In this document: one piece after another, positions 8,551-18,023 of the stretch
Layout of the letters: each line of letters begins with the position of its first letter
Numbering within the stretch: position 1 is the first letter of the stretch
DNA from: Patescibacteria group bacterium
GTDB taxonomy: Bacteria > Patescibacteriota > Microgenomatia > UBA1400 > PJMF01
Direction of reading: 5' to 3'
DNA: 57,791 bases
Assembly (NCBI GenBank): GCA_018830045.1
Contig: JAHJTF010000022.1
Span: 1-57,791, forward strand
Position numbers and translations under genes: made by a program
Notes under the pieces: generated by a model
Told to the model about the DNA's origin: nothing
The model's input: only the letters and a program-made list of their open reading frames with translations
Database searches by the model: none

Positions 8551-8610
8551 CGTGAAAATCCGTGAAAATTGAAATTAAGTCTGTAACAATTTTGTGAAAA
8601 CTGTGTAAAA
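8551..8610. promoter_or_regulatory. Array of four YGTGWAAA direct repeats upstream of parB
   Basis: CGTGAAAAT at 8551 and 8561, TGTGAAAAC at 8593, TGTGTAAAA at 8602. The last is a TTWTNCACA DnaA-box match on the minus strand. Confidence 0.45.
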
Positions 8611-8611
8611 A

Positions 8612-8869
8612 TTATGTAGCCACGACATTCACCACGGTTTTGCCATGTTTTTGGCCAAATTGGACAGTGCCGTCATGCATGGCAAAGATGGTGTGATCTC
8701 GACCCATGCCGACACCCTTGCCTGGTTTATACTTAATTCCACGCTGACGAATGATGATTTGACCTACTTGAATAGTCTCCCCGCCCGATTTCTTTAGTCC
8801 GAGGCGTTTGCCGCTTCTTTTTTGTTGCGATTGTTGGCTGACTTTACCCGAGCCTTTAACATGTGCCAT
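8612..8869 (-). CDS. rpmA: 50S ribosomal protein L27
   Basis: MAHVKG, KRLGLKK.GG, GQIIIRQRG, VGMGRDHTIFA. Confidence 0.97.
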   Translation of the reverse strand: MAHVKGSGKVSQQSQQKRSGKRLGLKKSGGETIQVGQIIIRQRGIKYKPGKGVGMGRDHTIFAMHDGTVQFGQKHGKTVVNVVAT

Positions 8870-8870
8870 A

Positions 8871-10010
8871 TTATCCTTTAAATCTTAAAAAAATAATTTG
8901 TCTTTTCACAATTGCCTGTGGTCTGCTGTAAGTAACAGGCTGAGAAACAGTAGTGTACCCGAGTCCAGGAAGCTTGTCAATCAATTTTTTTAGATCATAA
9001 GTCTTATTTTTAGTCTCTACCAAGGGCAAAATAATCACAACGGCGGCATTAGGCTTGAGAATTTTTATAAAGCTTTTGAAAGCTCCGAGATAAGTGCGGT
9101 ATAAACCTTTAAAAATATTGGGTAATTCTTTTTCTTTAGGAGCGGGTTTTCCTAAGAATGGTTCGGTGACAATGACATCAATAAAGGGGGCCGTAGAGTC
9201 AGTAAATTTTTGAGTGGCATCGCGCTTTGTGACTGAAAATTTTGAGTTGAGCTGATATTGATCAATTATCCAGGCTAGGTTCTCTTTTGTGCCCTCAACA
9301 GAATTTTTATCTAGATCTGCACCAGAAACAATAAAACCAGTTAATAGAGCCTCTATTAAAATATTTCCTGATCCGCAGAAGGGGTCATAGAGAATTTGGT
9401 TTTGAGCTTCACCCCGATTTAACCCTTGAGCAATGTTGACCATGATTCGAGCTACTTTGGGCGGCAGCATCCCTTTTTTGCTATCCGCATAGGGTTTTTG
9501 GCGATCTCTTTTGGTCCAGTCATCAATATTTTGGATGGAAATAGTTTTAGCTAAAATTAGTTGCTTCCCATCATTAATAATAATTAATTCCAAAATGTTC
9601 TGGTGAAGTAAAACAGCTGCTGATAAACTTTGATTTTTTGATTCAAGATACCTAACTTTGAGACCTCGATGGCGTAGTTGGTTTTTAATAGATAGGAAAT
9701 CAATTTGGGGTAAATCTCGATCTCCCAGAGCTGAAATGCTAAAAGTAATTTTTCCTACTTGAGAAGCTAAGTAATCAACTATTTTGGTCTCAACTTCTTC
9801 AAGAGTATTAGTTTGAAGTTTGGTGAGTTGGAGAAAGCTTTTAACTAATCCTCCGGCTTGTTGCTGAATTGATTCTATATCTAATTCTTGATTGGTTTGC
9901 AGTACTGCTAATTGAGATGAGATTAACTCTGGCTTAGCAGAAAGTAAATATTCAAGCTCGAGCAGAGATAAGTTGGGGGTATTCCCCAATTTAAAAAAAT
10001 AAGTTGGCAT
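8871..10010 (-). CDS. SAM-dependent RNA methyltransferase, Trm11/TrmG10-like
   Basis: GMLPPKVARIMVN, LYDPFCGSGNILIEA, G.DLD, RDAT, IVTEPFLG; THUMP-like N-terminal half. Confidence 0.75.
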   Translation of the reverse strand: MPTYFFKLGNTPNLSLLELEYLLSAKPELISSQLAVLQTNQELDIESIQQQAGGLVKSFLQLTKLQTNTLEEVETKIVDYLASQVGKITFSISALGDRDLPQIDFLSIKNQLRHRGLKVRYLESKNQSLSAAVLLHQNILELIIINDGKQLILAKTISIQNIDDWTKRDRQKPYADSKKGMLPPKVARIMVNIAQGLNRGEAQNQILYDPFCGSGNILIEALLTGFIVSGADLDKNSVEGTKENLAWIIDQYQLNSKFSVTKRDATQKFTDSTAPFIDVIVTEPFLGKPAPKEKELPNIFKGLYRTYLGAFKSFIKILKPNAAVVIILPLVETKNKTYDLKKLIDKLPGLGYTTVSQPVTYSRPQAIVKRQIIFLRFKG

Positions 10011-10025
10011 GAAATTAGTATACCT

Positions 10026-10343
10026 TTAGCCGTTAATCTTCACGACTTCAACTGTGCTTTGAGGCTGGCGGTGACCAAAAACCTTGCGGTAACGAGACTT
10101 AGCGCGGAACTTACCCACTCTAATTTTTTTGCTGCGGCCGTGATCTAAAAGCTTGAGTGTGACTGAAGCTTTTTCAATAAGCGGCGTCCCAATTTGTTGA
10201 TTTTTTTCATCACTAATCATGAGAACTTCACTAATCTCGAATTTCTGCCCTTCTTCCTGATCTAGGCGGTCTAAAATAAACTTATCTCCAACAGTAATTT
10301 TGAACTGTCGTCCGCCAAGTTGAATTATTGCGTATTTTGCCAT
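10026..10343 (-). CDS. rplU: 50S ribosomal protein L21
   Basis: YAIIQLGGRQFKI, GTPLIEKASV, KSRYRKVFGHRQP. Confidence 0.97.
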   Translation of the reverse strand: MAKYAIIQLGGRQFKITVGDKFILDRLDQEEGQKFEISEVLMISDEKNQQIGTPLIEKASVTLKLLDHGRSKKIRVGKFRAKSRYRKVFGHRQPQSTVEVVKING

Positions 10344-10384
10344 GATATATTTTCCTTGTAACGAAAAGCAATTATAACATGATT

Positions 10385-11446
10385 TTAAATGAGGTGTAGG
10401 ATTGCCTTAGGCTGAGTTTGATTTGCAATTGATTGAACCATGGCAAGCATAATACACAATGATAAGACAGAACTCCCCCCATAAGATATTAGGGGTAGAG
10501 TGAGGCCGGTAATTGGTAGTATCCCGATATTCATACTAATATTAATTCCGGCTTGGACAATTGTCATCACGGCAATAGCCATGCAGTAGCGAAAGGATTT
10601 TTTTGAAGAAGTATTTAATCCAGTTTTAATTATAAAAATGATGAGTACCACGTAGAGAGAAATCACTGCTATAGAACCAATAAAACCAAACTCTTCTGCC
10701 AATGAAGCAAAGATAAAATCAGTTTGACGCTCTGGCAAAAATCTAAGATGAGACTGAACTCCCTGACCCAAACCTTTTCCCAACAATTGACCAGACCCAA
10801 CGGCAATTAGGGCTTGACGAGCGTTATAGCTTGACCCCTGCAGATCTTGATCTGGGCTAATAAAACTGGTGATGCGCTGTTTTTGATACGGCTTTAGTAT
10901 AAATAACCATGAAAAGAACGCCCCAACAATCACTAAGCCAGTTAAGGTAATGATTTTTTTCCATGAAAGATCACTTAGAAAAATAATAATGCTGGTACTA
11001 ATTAAATAAACCAACGTAGTTCCAAGGTCAGGTTCAATTAAAATTAAAATAGCAGGCAGCCCGATGACTAACAATGCCCACAATAATCCCCTGAAATTAT
11101 TGAAGGATTCTTTGAGTGCTAATAAAGTTAGAGCTGTTGCAGGAATAGCTAACTGAGAGGGTTGGGCATTGAAAATATCCCAGAAAGGAATCCAGCGACC
11201 GGTTTTACCGGTAAAGATCCCAAATAGGTAGGAAACAATTAATAATAAGTTTACTAGAATATATATTGGCCAAGCCAGTTTAACTAATTGTTCAAATTTA
11301 ATTTTAGAAACAAAAAAGAAGATAGCAAGTCCTATGATAAAAAAAATGGTTTGTGCGGTAGCTAATTCGGGGGCGACACTTTTTAGCGTCAATACGCTTT
11401 TTAGTGCCAGCGAAGTCATCACAGCTGGTAGCAACCAACGCATCAT
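10385..11446 (-). CDS. rodA: SEDS peptidoglycan polymerase RodA
   Basis: RWI..QPS, EPDLGT, LKPYQKQRI.SF, YN.RQA.IAVGSG...GKG, FLPE.QTDFIF, GLTLPLISYGGSS. Confidence 0.9.
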   Translation of the reverse strand: MMRWLLPAVMTSLALKSVLTLKSVAPELATAQTIFFIIGLAIFFFVSKIKFEQLVKLAWPIYILVNLLLIVSYLFGIFTGKTGRWIPFWDIFNAQPSQLAIPATALTLLALKESFNNFRGLLWALLVIGLPAILILIEPDLGTTLVYLISTSIIIFLSDLSWKKIITLTGLVIVGAFFSWLFILKPYQKQRITSFISPDQDLQGSSYNARQALIAVGSGQLLGKGLGQGVQSHLRFLPERQTDFIFASLAEEFGFIGSIAVISLYVVLIIFIIKTGLNTSSKKSFRYCMAIAVMTIVQAGINISMNIGILPITGLTLPLISYGGSSVLSLCIMLAMVQSIANQTQPKAILHLI

Positions 11447-14268
11447 GAAGCTATTATACCGAGCTTATCACCTTTAACTAGTTGCGTATTAGTTCTTTTT
11501 TCAATCTCACTTTGCCAATCTTTTGGCCAGCTTGGAGCTTCTACTTTGGCTCGCTGATCAAGTTTCAAGCCGGTTTTCTTGCGAAGTTTTTGAATCTCTC
11601 TCATGACTTCTCTAGCCTCACCTTCTGCTAGAAGTTCATTGGTGAGATCAAAGTCCAGGTTAACCTCTAGCTTTTCTCCACTCTGCCAATCAATCTTTTT
11701 GACATTAAGTTCTTGAGCAATAACTTGGAGTAAGTTTTCTTGTGGTGTTTCTCCCGGAGCTATAACTATCAATTTGGCTAAAGGTTGGCGAAGTTTTATT
11801 TCTTGATTTTTTCTTAGGCACCTAGCTTGATTAACTACTTCTTGAACTAAAGTCATTTCTGCTTCCAAAACTGGATCCATGAGCGCAGTATCAACCTTGG
11901 GCCAATCGGTGTGGTGAATCGAGGTACTTTCATCAATTAAATTATGATGAATTAACTCTGGAAAATAAGGAGTCAGGGGAGCCATGAGCTGAGCTAAGGT
12001 GTAAAGAGCATAGCCAAAAACATGACTGGCACCCTGATTGTCTTTTTCTCTTAAACGCTCACGACTTAGGCGCAAATACCAGGTTGAGAGTTCATCTACA
12101 AACTCCATCAGGGTTCTGCTGGATCTAATTAAATCATAGCTATCCATATACCTAGTGACATCGAAAATTAAATGTTGAACACGGCTAAGCAGCCATTTGT
12201 CCATCACATGCTTGGGCTTGGTTGGAGTTTGAGCAACATCAATTAATTGATTGGCAAAAGTTTTAAAGAATTTGAATACGTTCCACCAAATCACAAAGAC
12301 TTTGCGGCGAATATCAGCTACTTCTTTTTCACTAAAATTTAGATTTTCTCCCTTCATAATTGTTGAGCTCATTAAGTACAAGCGTAGACTATCAACTCCG
12401 TATTTATCTATTAATAGGGTGGGGTCGGGAAAATTCTTTTTTGATTTACTCATTTTTGAGCCATCTTCTGCTAATATGGTGCCGGTTGTGAGTACATTTT
12501 CAAACGAGGGCTTGCCAAAGATACCCACACTCATCACATGCATGGTATAAAACCAAGCTCTAGTTTGAGCAAGATATTCACTCACAAATTGGGCTGGATA
12601 GTTTGTTTCAAACTTTTGTTTATTTTCAAAGGGATAATGAATCGAAGCAAAAGGCATTGAGCCTGACTCAATCCAGCAATCAAAAACTTCAGTTAGGCGC
12701 GTGCCCTGAATAGTTTTGCTATCATCCACCCAGACTTTAATATGATCTAGATATTGACGATGAATATCACTAATTTTGCTAACCTCATCAGGATTAACTG
12801 CCCATTGTTTTAGTTCTGCTAAGGAACCAATAATACGAGTAAATATTTGATTGTCTTTTTTGCCACGCCAGATAGGCATTGGCGTGCCCCAATAACGAGA
12901 GCGGGAGATGTTCCAATCAGGAGCATTCTCTAAGCCTTTTTCAAACCGACCATGCTTGAGATGATTGGGGTACCAATTAATTACCTCATTTTGCTCAATG
13001 AGACTATCTTTAAGTTTGGTGATGTCAATAAACCATGCCGGGACAGGTGCGTAATAAAGTCTAGTCCCACAACGATAGCAAGTTGCCACGCTATGAGTTA
13101 GCTGTTCATCTTTATAGATTAAACCACGTTTTTTTAAATCTCTATTTATGAGAGGATTGGCTTCTAAAATATCCATTCCTGCCCAAGGTAAAACTTCTGA
13201 TTTGAACTTTCCCTCATCATTGACATGCTCAACCAATTGGACATTTTCACGCTGCATGACTCGGTAGTCATCTTCACCATAGATTGCCAAAGTAACTATG
13301 CCCGTTCCTTCTTCGTCGGTCACAAAATCATCAGCTACAACTACCCCGGCTCGTTCTTCCTTCTTACGATTGGGATAAAAATCAAAAAGAAGCTCGTATT
13401 CAAGCTGGGTGAGTTCTTCCCCAGTCATAGTTGCGACAACTTCATAGGGTTTATTAGACAAAGTCTCATTCAATCTGTTAGTGGTTAGTATGTAATATGC
13501 ATCATCCTGTTTAACCTTAGAGTATTCTAAAGTTGGATGAACAGCTAAAGCTGTAGTAACTAACTTATTCCAGGGAGTAGTTGACCAAGCGAGCAAATAA
13601 GTGTTTTCTTGTTCTTTAACTTTAAATTTGTAGGTGGTTGAGAGCTCAGTGATTTCTTCGTAGCTATCATCCATGGCAATCTCAAAGTTAGAGAGCGGGG
13701 TGCTACAACGGGGACAATATAAAATCACGCGCTTACCTTCATAAACTAAGTTTTTTTCATAGAGTTGTTTAAATCCCCACCACACAGACTCCATGAAATT
13801 ACAATCCATGGTTTTGTAGTTATGAGTAAAATCTACCCATCGTCCTAGGCGAATAATTATTTTTTCCCATTCTTTATCAAGACGCAAAACTTCTCTTTGA
13901 CAAGCATCGTTGAACTTACCAATTCCTAATTTTTCAATACCCCTTTTCCCACCCTCAATCTCCAATTTTTGCTCAATCATGTTTTCGATTGGGAGTCCAT
14001 GGCAATCCCAACCCCAGACTCGCCCTACCCGGTAGCCTTTCATGGTCCAGTAACGCGGAATGACATCTTTGGTAGTGGAGGCTAATAAATGACCATAGTG
14101 AGGCATGCCAGTAGCAAAGGGTGGACCATCATAAAAAATGTAGGCTTTATCTGCTGGTCTCATTTCAACTGATTTTTCAAAAGCCTTAGTATTTTGCCAC
14201 CATTTAAGCACTTTTTCTTCTAACTGAGGTAAGTTTGGTTGTTGATTTAGATCTATAATTTTTGGCAT
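11443..14268 (-). CDS. ileS: Isoleucine--tRNA ligase, type 2 (archaeal/eukaryote-like)
   Basis: FYDGPPFATGMPHYGH, GWDCHGLP, WSTTPW, DWNISRSRYWGTP, KMSKS; no C-terminal zinc finger. Confidence 0.97.
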   Translation of the reverse strand: MPKIIDLNQQPNLPQLEEKVLKWWQNTKAFEKSVEMRPADKAYIFYDGPPFATGMPHYGHLLASTTKDVIPRYWTMKGYRVGRVWGWDCHGLPIENMIEQKLEIEGGKRGIEKLGIGKFNDACQREVLRLDKEWEKIIIRLGRWVDFTHNYKTMDCNFMESVWWGFKQLYEKNLVYEGKRVILYCPRCSTPLSNFEIAMDDSYEEITELSTTYKFKVKEQENTYLLAWSTTPWNKLVTTALAVHPTLEYSKVKQDDAYYILTTNRLNETLSNKPYEVVATMTGEELTQLEYELLFDFYPNRKKEERAGVVVADDFVTDEEGTGIVTLAIYGEDDYRVMQRENVQLVEHVNDEGKFKSEVLPWAGMDILEANPLINRDLKKRGLIYKDEQLTHSVATCYRCGTRLYYAPVPAWFIDITKLKDSLIEQNEVINWYPNHLKHGRFEKGLENAPDWNISRSRYWGTPMPIWRGKKDNQIFTRIIGSLAELKQWAVNPDEVSKISDIHRQYLDHIKVWVDDSKTIQGTRLTEVFDCWIESGSMPFASIHYPFENKQKFETNYPAQFVSEYLAQTRAWFYTMHVMSVGIFGKPSFENVLTTGTILAEDGSKMSKSKKNFPDPTLLIDKYGVDSLRLYLMSSTIMKGENLNFSEKEVADIRRKVFVIWWNVFKFFKTFANQLIDVAQTPTKPKHVMDKWLLSRVQHLIFDVTRYMDSYDLIRSSRTLMEFVDELSTWYLRLSRERLREKDNQGASHVFGYALYTLAQLMAPLTPYFPELIHHNLIDESTSIHHTDWPKVDTALMDPVLEAEMTLVQEVVNQARCLRKNQEIKLRQPLAKLIVIAPGETPQENLLQVIAQELNVKKIDWQSGEKLEVNLDFDLTNELLAEGEAREVMREIQKLRKKTGLKLDQRAKVEAPSWPKDWQSEIEKRTNTQLVKGDKLGIIAS

Positions 14269-14321
14269 AAAAAAACCCTCTAATTTTAGTATAGAGGGCT
14301 CGTGAGAGCGGTACCACCTCT
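14269..14321 (-). promoter_or_regulatory. T-box riboswitch antiterminator/terminator domain upstream of ileS
   Basis: Minus strand: AGAGG-TGGTACC-GCTC-tcac-GAGC-CCTCT (two helices around the 7-nt T-box bulge), overlapping a terminator CCCTCTA-n9-TAGAGGG-TTTTTTT that abuts the ileS ATG. Confidence 0.88.
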
Positions 14322-14352
14322 ATTTATGCTTTATGTCTGCAATATTAAAAAC

Positions 14353-14580
14353 CTATTTATACTTATCCGAACCCATCCAAAACATAGGGAGACCTAATTG
14401 AACTCTAACACAGTAATAGATATGATTTGTAAATCCTCTATCCCATTGGGTAAGAGATTCCATTTTAGCAATAGCATCCTCCACAGTTTCTATTTCACCA
14501 TCTTTTATCTCTTTTAGTACTATGGGCAGAGCATCATTGATACATATCCCTGTTTGTTCTCTATATTTTTTTTCTTTCAG
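14353..14580 (-). CDS. Uncalled 75-aa hypothetical protein with CTG start
   Basis: GGGAGG directly after the ftsZ stop, a 5-nt spacer, CTG, then an open frame to TAG at 14355-14353: (M)KEKKYREQTGICINDALPIVLKEIKDGEIETVEDAIAKMESLTQWDRGFTNHIYYCVRVQLGLPMFWMGSDKYK. Confidence 0.6.
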   Translation of the reverse strand: MKEKKYREQTGICINDALPIVLKEIKDGEIETVEDAIAKMESLTQWDRGFTNHIYYCVRVQLGLPMFWMGSDKYK

Positions 14581-14591
14581 AATATCCTCCC

Positions 14592-15854
14592 TTACTTTTG
14601 TCTTAAAAATGCAGGAATTTCAAATTCATCTTCAAATTCATTATCTTCAATGATTTGATCAGCATCATCTGAGTCTGCTTTATCGCTGGTTTTTGTTGTT
14701 GATTGCAAATGATCATCTTGGGAGGTCGCTAAAGTTTTTTTGCCAATGATCTGTGAGCTAGTTTGGGGTTGAGTCCAGCTGGTGGGAGCTCGATCAAACT
14801 TAGGTGTTGGTTTTTCTTCTTCAATTTCATCATCAAGTCCTAAGTTTTGTTTTGATTGTTGACCATAGGCACCAAAGACATTGCGAGTATTGTATCGATA
14901 ACCATCAAAGCCAGTAGCGATAACGCTAATTTTTAGGTTAGTACCCATATTTTTATTTATAGTGGCCCCAAAAATTATATTGGCATCATCATCAGCGGCA
15001 TTGGCAATAATGGCCGAAGCATCAGAAACTTCAGACATCGTCATGTCTTCTCCGCCAATGATGTTGTAGAGGATGCCTTTAGCGCCATCTATTGAAATTT
15101 CCAGAAGCGGTGAAGAAATTGCCATTCTTGCAGCAGTAGCGGCTCGGTTTTCACCACTGGCTTCGCCAATACCCATTAGAGCAGAGCCGGATTCAGTCAT
15201 GATAGTTTTGACATCAGCAAAATCGACATTGATTAATCCAGGCGCAGTAATTAAATCTGAAATACCTTGGACACCCTGCCCTAAAACATTATCAGCTAAT
15301 CTAAATGCATCTAATAAGGTCATTTTTTTATCTACTACTTCCATTAAACGTTGATTGGGAATGACAATCAGAGTGTCGACCTTTTCTCGTAGCTCTTCAA
15401 TCCCTTCTTCAGCAGTTCTCATACGATGCACGCCCTCAAATGCAAAGGGTTTGGTAACCACTGCGACAGTCAATGCTCCAGCGTCTTTGGCAATTTCTGC
15501 AATTATAGGAGAAGCTCCGGTACCGGTTCCACCGCCCATGCCGGCAGTAATAAAAACCATGTCGGAATCAAACAGCATATCTTTAATTTTTTCCTTGCTT
15601 TCATCCGCTGCAGCTTTGCCTATTTCTGGATCGGATCCAGAGCCAAGTCCTTTAGTAAAGTTTTGACCAATTTGCAGTTTAGTTTCTGCTTTAGAAGTGA
15701 GCAGAGCCTGGGCATCAGTATTAATGGAAATAAATTCAACACTATCAATTTTCCCCGACTCAATCATGGAGTTTACTGCATTGCCGCCACCACCACCAAT
15801 TCCTAAAACTTTAATTTTGGCGAATGTAGTATTTGAGGGTTTAACTAAAGCCAT
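14592..15854 (-). CDS. ftsZ: Cell division protein FtsZ
   Basis: [28 protein letters not shown]-terminal EIPAFLR. Confidence 0.99.
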   Translation of the reverse strand: MALVKPSNTTFAKIKVLGIGGGGGNAVNSMIESGKIDSVEFISINTDAQALLTSKAETKLQIGQNFTKGLGSGSDPEIGKAAADESKEKIKDMLFDSDMVFITAGMGGGTGTGASPIIAEIAKDAGALTVAVVTKPFAFEGVHRMRTAEEGIEELREKVDTLIVIPNQRLMEVVDKKMTLLDAFRLADNVLGQGVQGISDLITAPGLINVDFADVKTIMTESGSALMGIGEASGENRAATAARMAISSPLLEISIDGAKGILYNIIGGEDMTMSEVSDASAIIANAADDDANIIFGATINKNMGTNLKISVIATGFDGYRYNTRNVFGAYGQQSKQNLGLDDEIEEEKPTPKFDRAPTSWTQPQTSSQIIGKKTLATSQDDHLQSTTKTSDKADSDDADQIIEDNEFEDEFEIPAFLRQK

Positions 15855-15927
15855 AGAACTTGGTTGAAATTAGATTTGATTTTAATATCAAAATTTTAAT
15901 TAGTCAAAGTGTATCATATATTACAAA

Positions 15928-17238
15928 CTAAGGCATGAGTGATTTAAAGAATGAACCAATGGTTCCGCCGAACTTTTTCCCAAAAAGTGTTTTAAACAAC
16001 GATCCAAGATGAAGTCCTGAGCCAGTAGATGATCCTGCCCCATGCTGACGGCCATATTCTAAAAGTCCAATACTGTTTACAAATGAAGGATTATGAATAT
16101 CCATGGTTAAACCCTTGATTTCTTTGGGCATGCCAATTCTGGCTGGCAAATTAAGAGTTCTTTTAGCAACTTCTTCTATGCCTACAGTTTCGGCCCCTCC
16201 TCCAGAAATAATGATTCCTGCCGGAACTACTGGGATTAAATTTTTTTGTTCAAGTTTTTTACCTACCATCGTGAGAATTTCTTTCATGCGCGGAACCATG
16301 ATGCCCTCAATGATTTTTTTCTTAGATAAGTTTTCCATTGAATCATGTACGTCTAGTTCTACAGGATCGATCACGTCTGCTAGTTTTTTACGTTTGGTAA
16401 ACTCTTCCTTAGTTTCTCCTGGATTGGGTTTCATTTCTTTAGGATCACTATCTGTTAGAGCGAGTTTTATTTTTTCAGCAGCCTCGAGGCTGACACGGCA
16501 TCCCAAGGCAATATCTTGAGTGATGTGACGCGCTCCAATGGGCAATGAATCGGAAAGTTCTAGAGTACCTTCTACAAAAACACACAGTGATGTTGATCCG
16601 GCCCCGATGTCAACCACTACCACACCCAGCTCTCGCTCGGTTTCAGAAACCACGACCTCAGAGGCGCTTAGACCTGAAAATACAAAACCATCGACATTAA
16701 GTCCTAGATCATGAACGCATTTTTCTAGGTTTTTTAAAGCAGTGGTCATGCCAGTCACAATATGTGCTTCTGATTCAAGTCTAACCCCCGTCATTCCCAC
16801 TGGGTCTTTAATACCTTCTTGTGAATCAACTTTGAAATCTCGTGGAATGACATGAATTACGCTTCTATCTGCCGGAAGTGAAATAGCGCGAGCGGCTTCA
16901 ATAACCCGATCTACATCTTGAGAGGTAATTTCTTGATTTGGGGCCGCCACTGCCACCACTCCCTTTGAGTTTTGAGATTTAATATGAGTTCCGGAAACAG
17001 AAACATAAGCACTCTTGACATCAAAACCAGCCATTCTCTCAGCTGCATCCAGACTTTCTGTCATAGTGATAACAGCTTTTTCTAGATCAACTATTTGGCT
17101 TTTGCGAATTCCATGAGATGGAACCGTAGCAACTCCTTTTACTTGGAGTTGATTAGTTTCTTCATCGAGAGTGGCAATAAGGGTAGCACATTTATCTGTA
17201 CCTAAATCAATAGCAGTAATTACTCGGGATCGCGGCAT
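15928..17238 (-). CDS. ftsA: Cell division protein FtsA
   Basis: IDLGTDK, IKDPVGMTGVRLE, VVDIGAGST, SGGGA, amphipathic C-terminus. Confidence 0.96.
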   Translation of the reverse strand: MPRSRVITAIDLGTDKCATLIATLDEETNQLQVKGVATVPSHGIRKSQIVDLEKAVITMTESLDAAERMAGFDVKSAYVSVSGTHIKSQNSKGVVAVAAPNQEITSQDVDRVIEAARAISLPADRSVIHVIPRDFKVDSQEGIKDPVGMTGVRLESEAHIVTGMTTALKNLEKCVHDLGLNVDGFVFSGLSASEVVVSETERELGVVVVDIGAGSTSLCVFVEGTLELSDSLPIGARHITQDIALGCRVSLEAAEKIKLALTDSDPKEMKPNPGETKEEFTKRKKLADVIDPVELDVHDSMENLSKKKIIEGIMVPRMKEILTMVGKKLEQKNLIPVVPAGIIISGGGAETVGIEEVAKRTLNLPARIGMPKEIKGLTMDIHNPSFVNSIGLLEYGRQHGAGSSTGSGLHLGSLFKTLFGKKFGGTIGSFFKSLMP

Positions 17239-17282
17239 ATAGTTGATGATAACAGAATTATCAAAGGAATGTCGAGTCTGAT

Positions 17283-17320
17283 GACGGAGATGTTAGGACG
17301 GAGATGTTAAGATGGAGATG
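17283..17320. repeat. 14-bp tandem repeat (about 2.7 copies) spanning the ftsQ stop codon
   Basis: GACGGAGATGTTAG / GACGGAGATGTTAA / GATGGAGATG. Confidence 0.8.
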
Positions 17321-18023
17321 AAAAATTGGTACGAAGTAAGGGAAACTTAAAGCGCAGATCAATTTCTTTAATATTTTGATCTATACTTGGAAAATCAAGT
17401 TTTTCTAGTATTATGGCTAGTTTTGCTATCTGTTGTTCTAATTGAGATTCTTGAGCGATAGCAATGAGTCGGTTGTCTAAAATTATTTCTATATGGTTGG
17501 GATGATGAATAATAATTTGCTGTATTTTTATTTGATGTTGATTAAGATATTTGACGAGATTAGTAATTAGAGTGTGTAAAGATTGGTTAATCCTATTTTC
17601 AGTAATTACTTCTGGCCAATTTTTGAGAGTGATTCTCATGACCAAGTCATTGCTTTTGTCAGGGTAAATTAGTCCATTCTCTGTGACTAAATATGGCTGC
17701 TGATTTGACTCTATGGTCAGTGTGTAACTATTAGCTTTAGTTGAGAACGAAAGCTCCATTCTTCCGGGTAAAGTTTTTTTAATTTCATTTAGTTGATAAA
17801 GATCGAGATTGAGATCTAATACATGTTTTTCTATGTTAGAAAATAATAATGATTTTTTTTTGAGGCCATCTAGTTTTTGTGTGAGTTCATGAGGACAGGA
17901 GTCATCATTCAATTTACATTCGATTTGATGAATTTTAATGATTGGATTTGAGATTGAACTGGCAATAACTATTAATCCCGCTATTGATAAGACACCAAAA
18001 AAGATAATTAGTTCACGCTTCAT
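17307..18023 (-). CDS. ftsQ: FtsQ/DivIB-like protein
   Basis: N-terminal TM, POTRA-like KKTLPG.M.L, C-terminal IDLRF; lies between murG and ftsA. Confidence 0.65.
   Translation of the reverse strand: MKRELIIFFGVLSIAGLIVIASSISNPIIKIHQIECKLNDDSCPHELTQKLDGLKKKSLLFSNIEKHVLDLNLDLYQLNEIKKTLPGRMELSFSTKANSYTLTIESNQQPYLVTENGLIYPDKSNDLVMRITLKNWPEVITENRINQSLHTLITNLVKYLNQHQIKIQQIIIHHPNHIEIILDNRLIAIAQESQLEQQIAKLAIILEKLDFPSIDQNIKEIDLRFKFPLLRTNFSSPS

Noticed and set aside
8545-8570. Full parS palindrome
   Set aside because: Only right half-sites are present; there is no TGTTTCAC left arm.
15073-16519. Plus-strand ORFs of 93-138 aa
   Set aside because: Antisense shadows of conserved ftsZ and ftsA; the same applies to the other short nested ORFs in the track.
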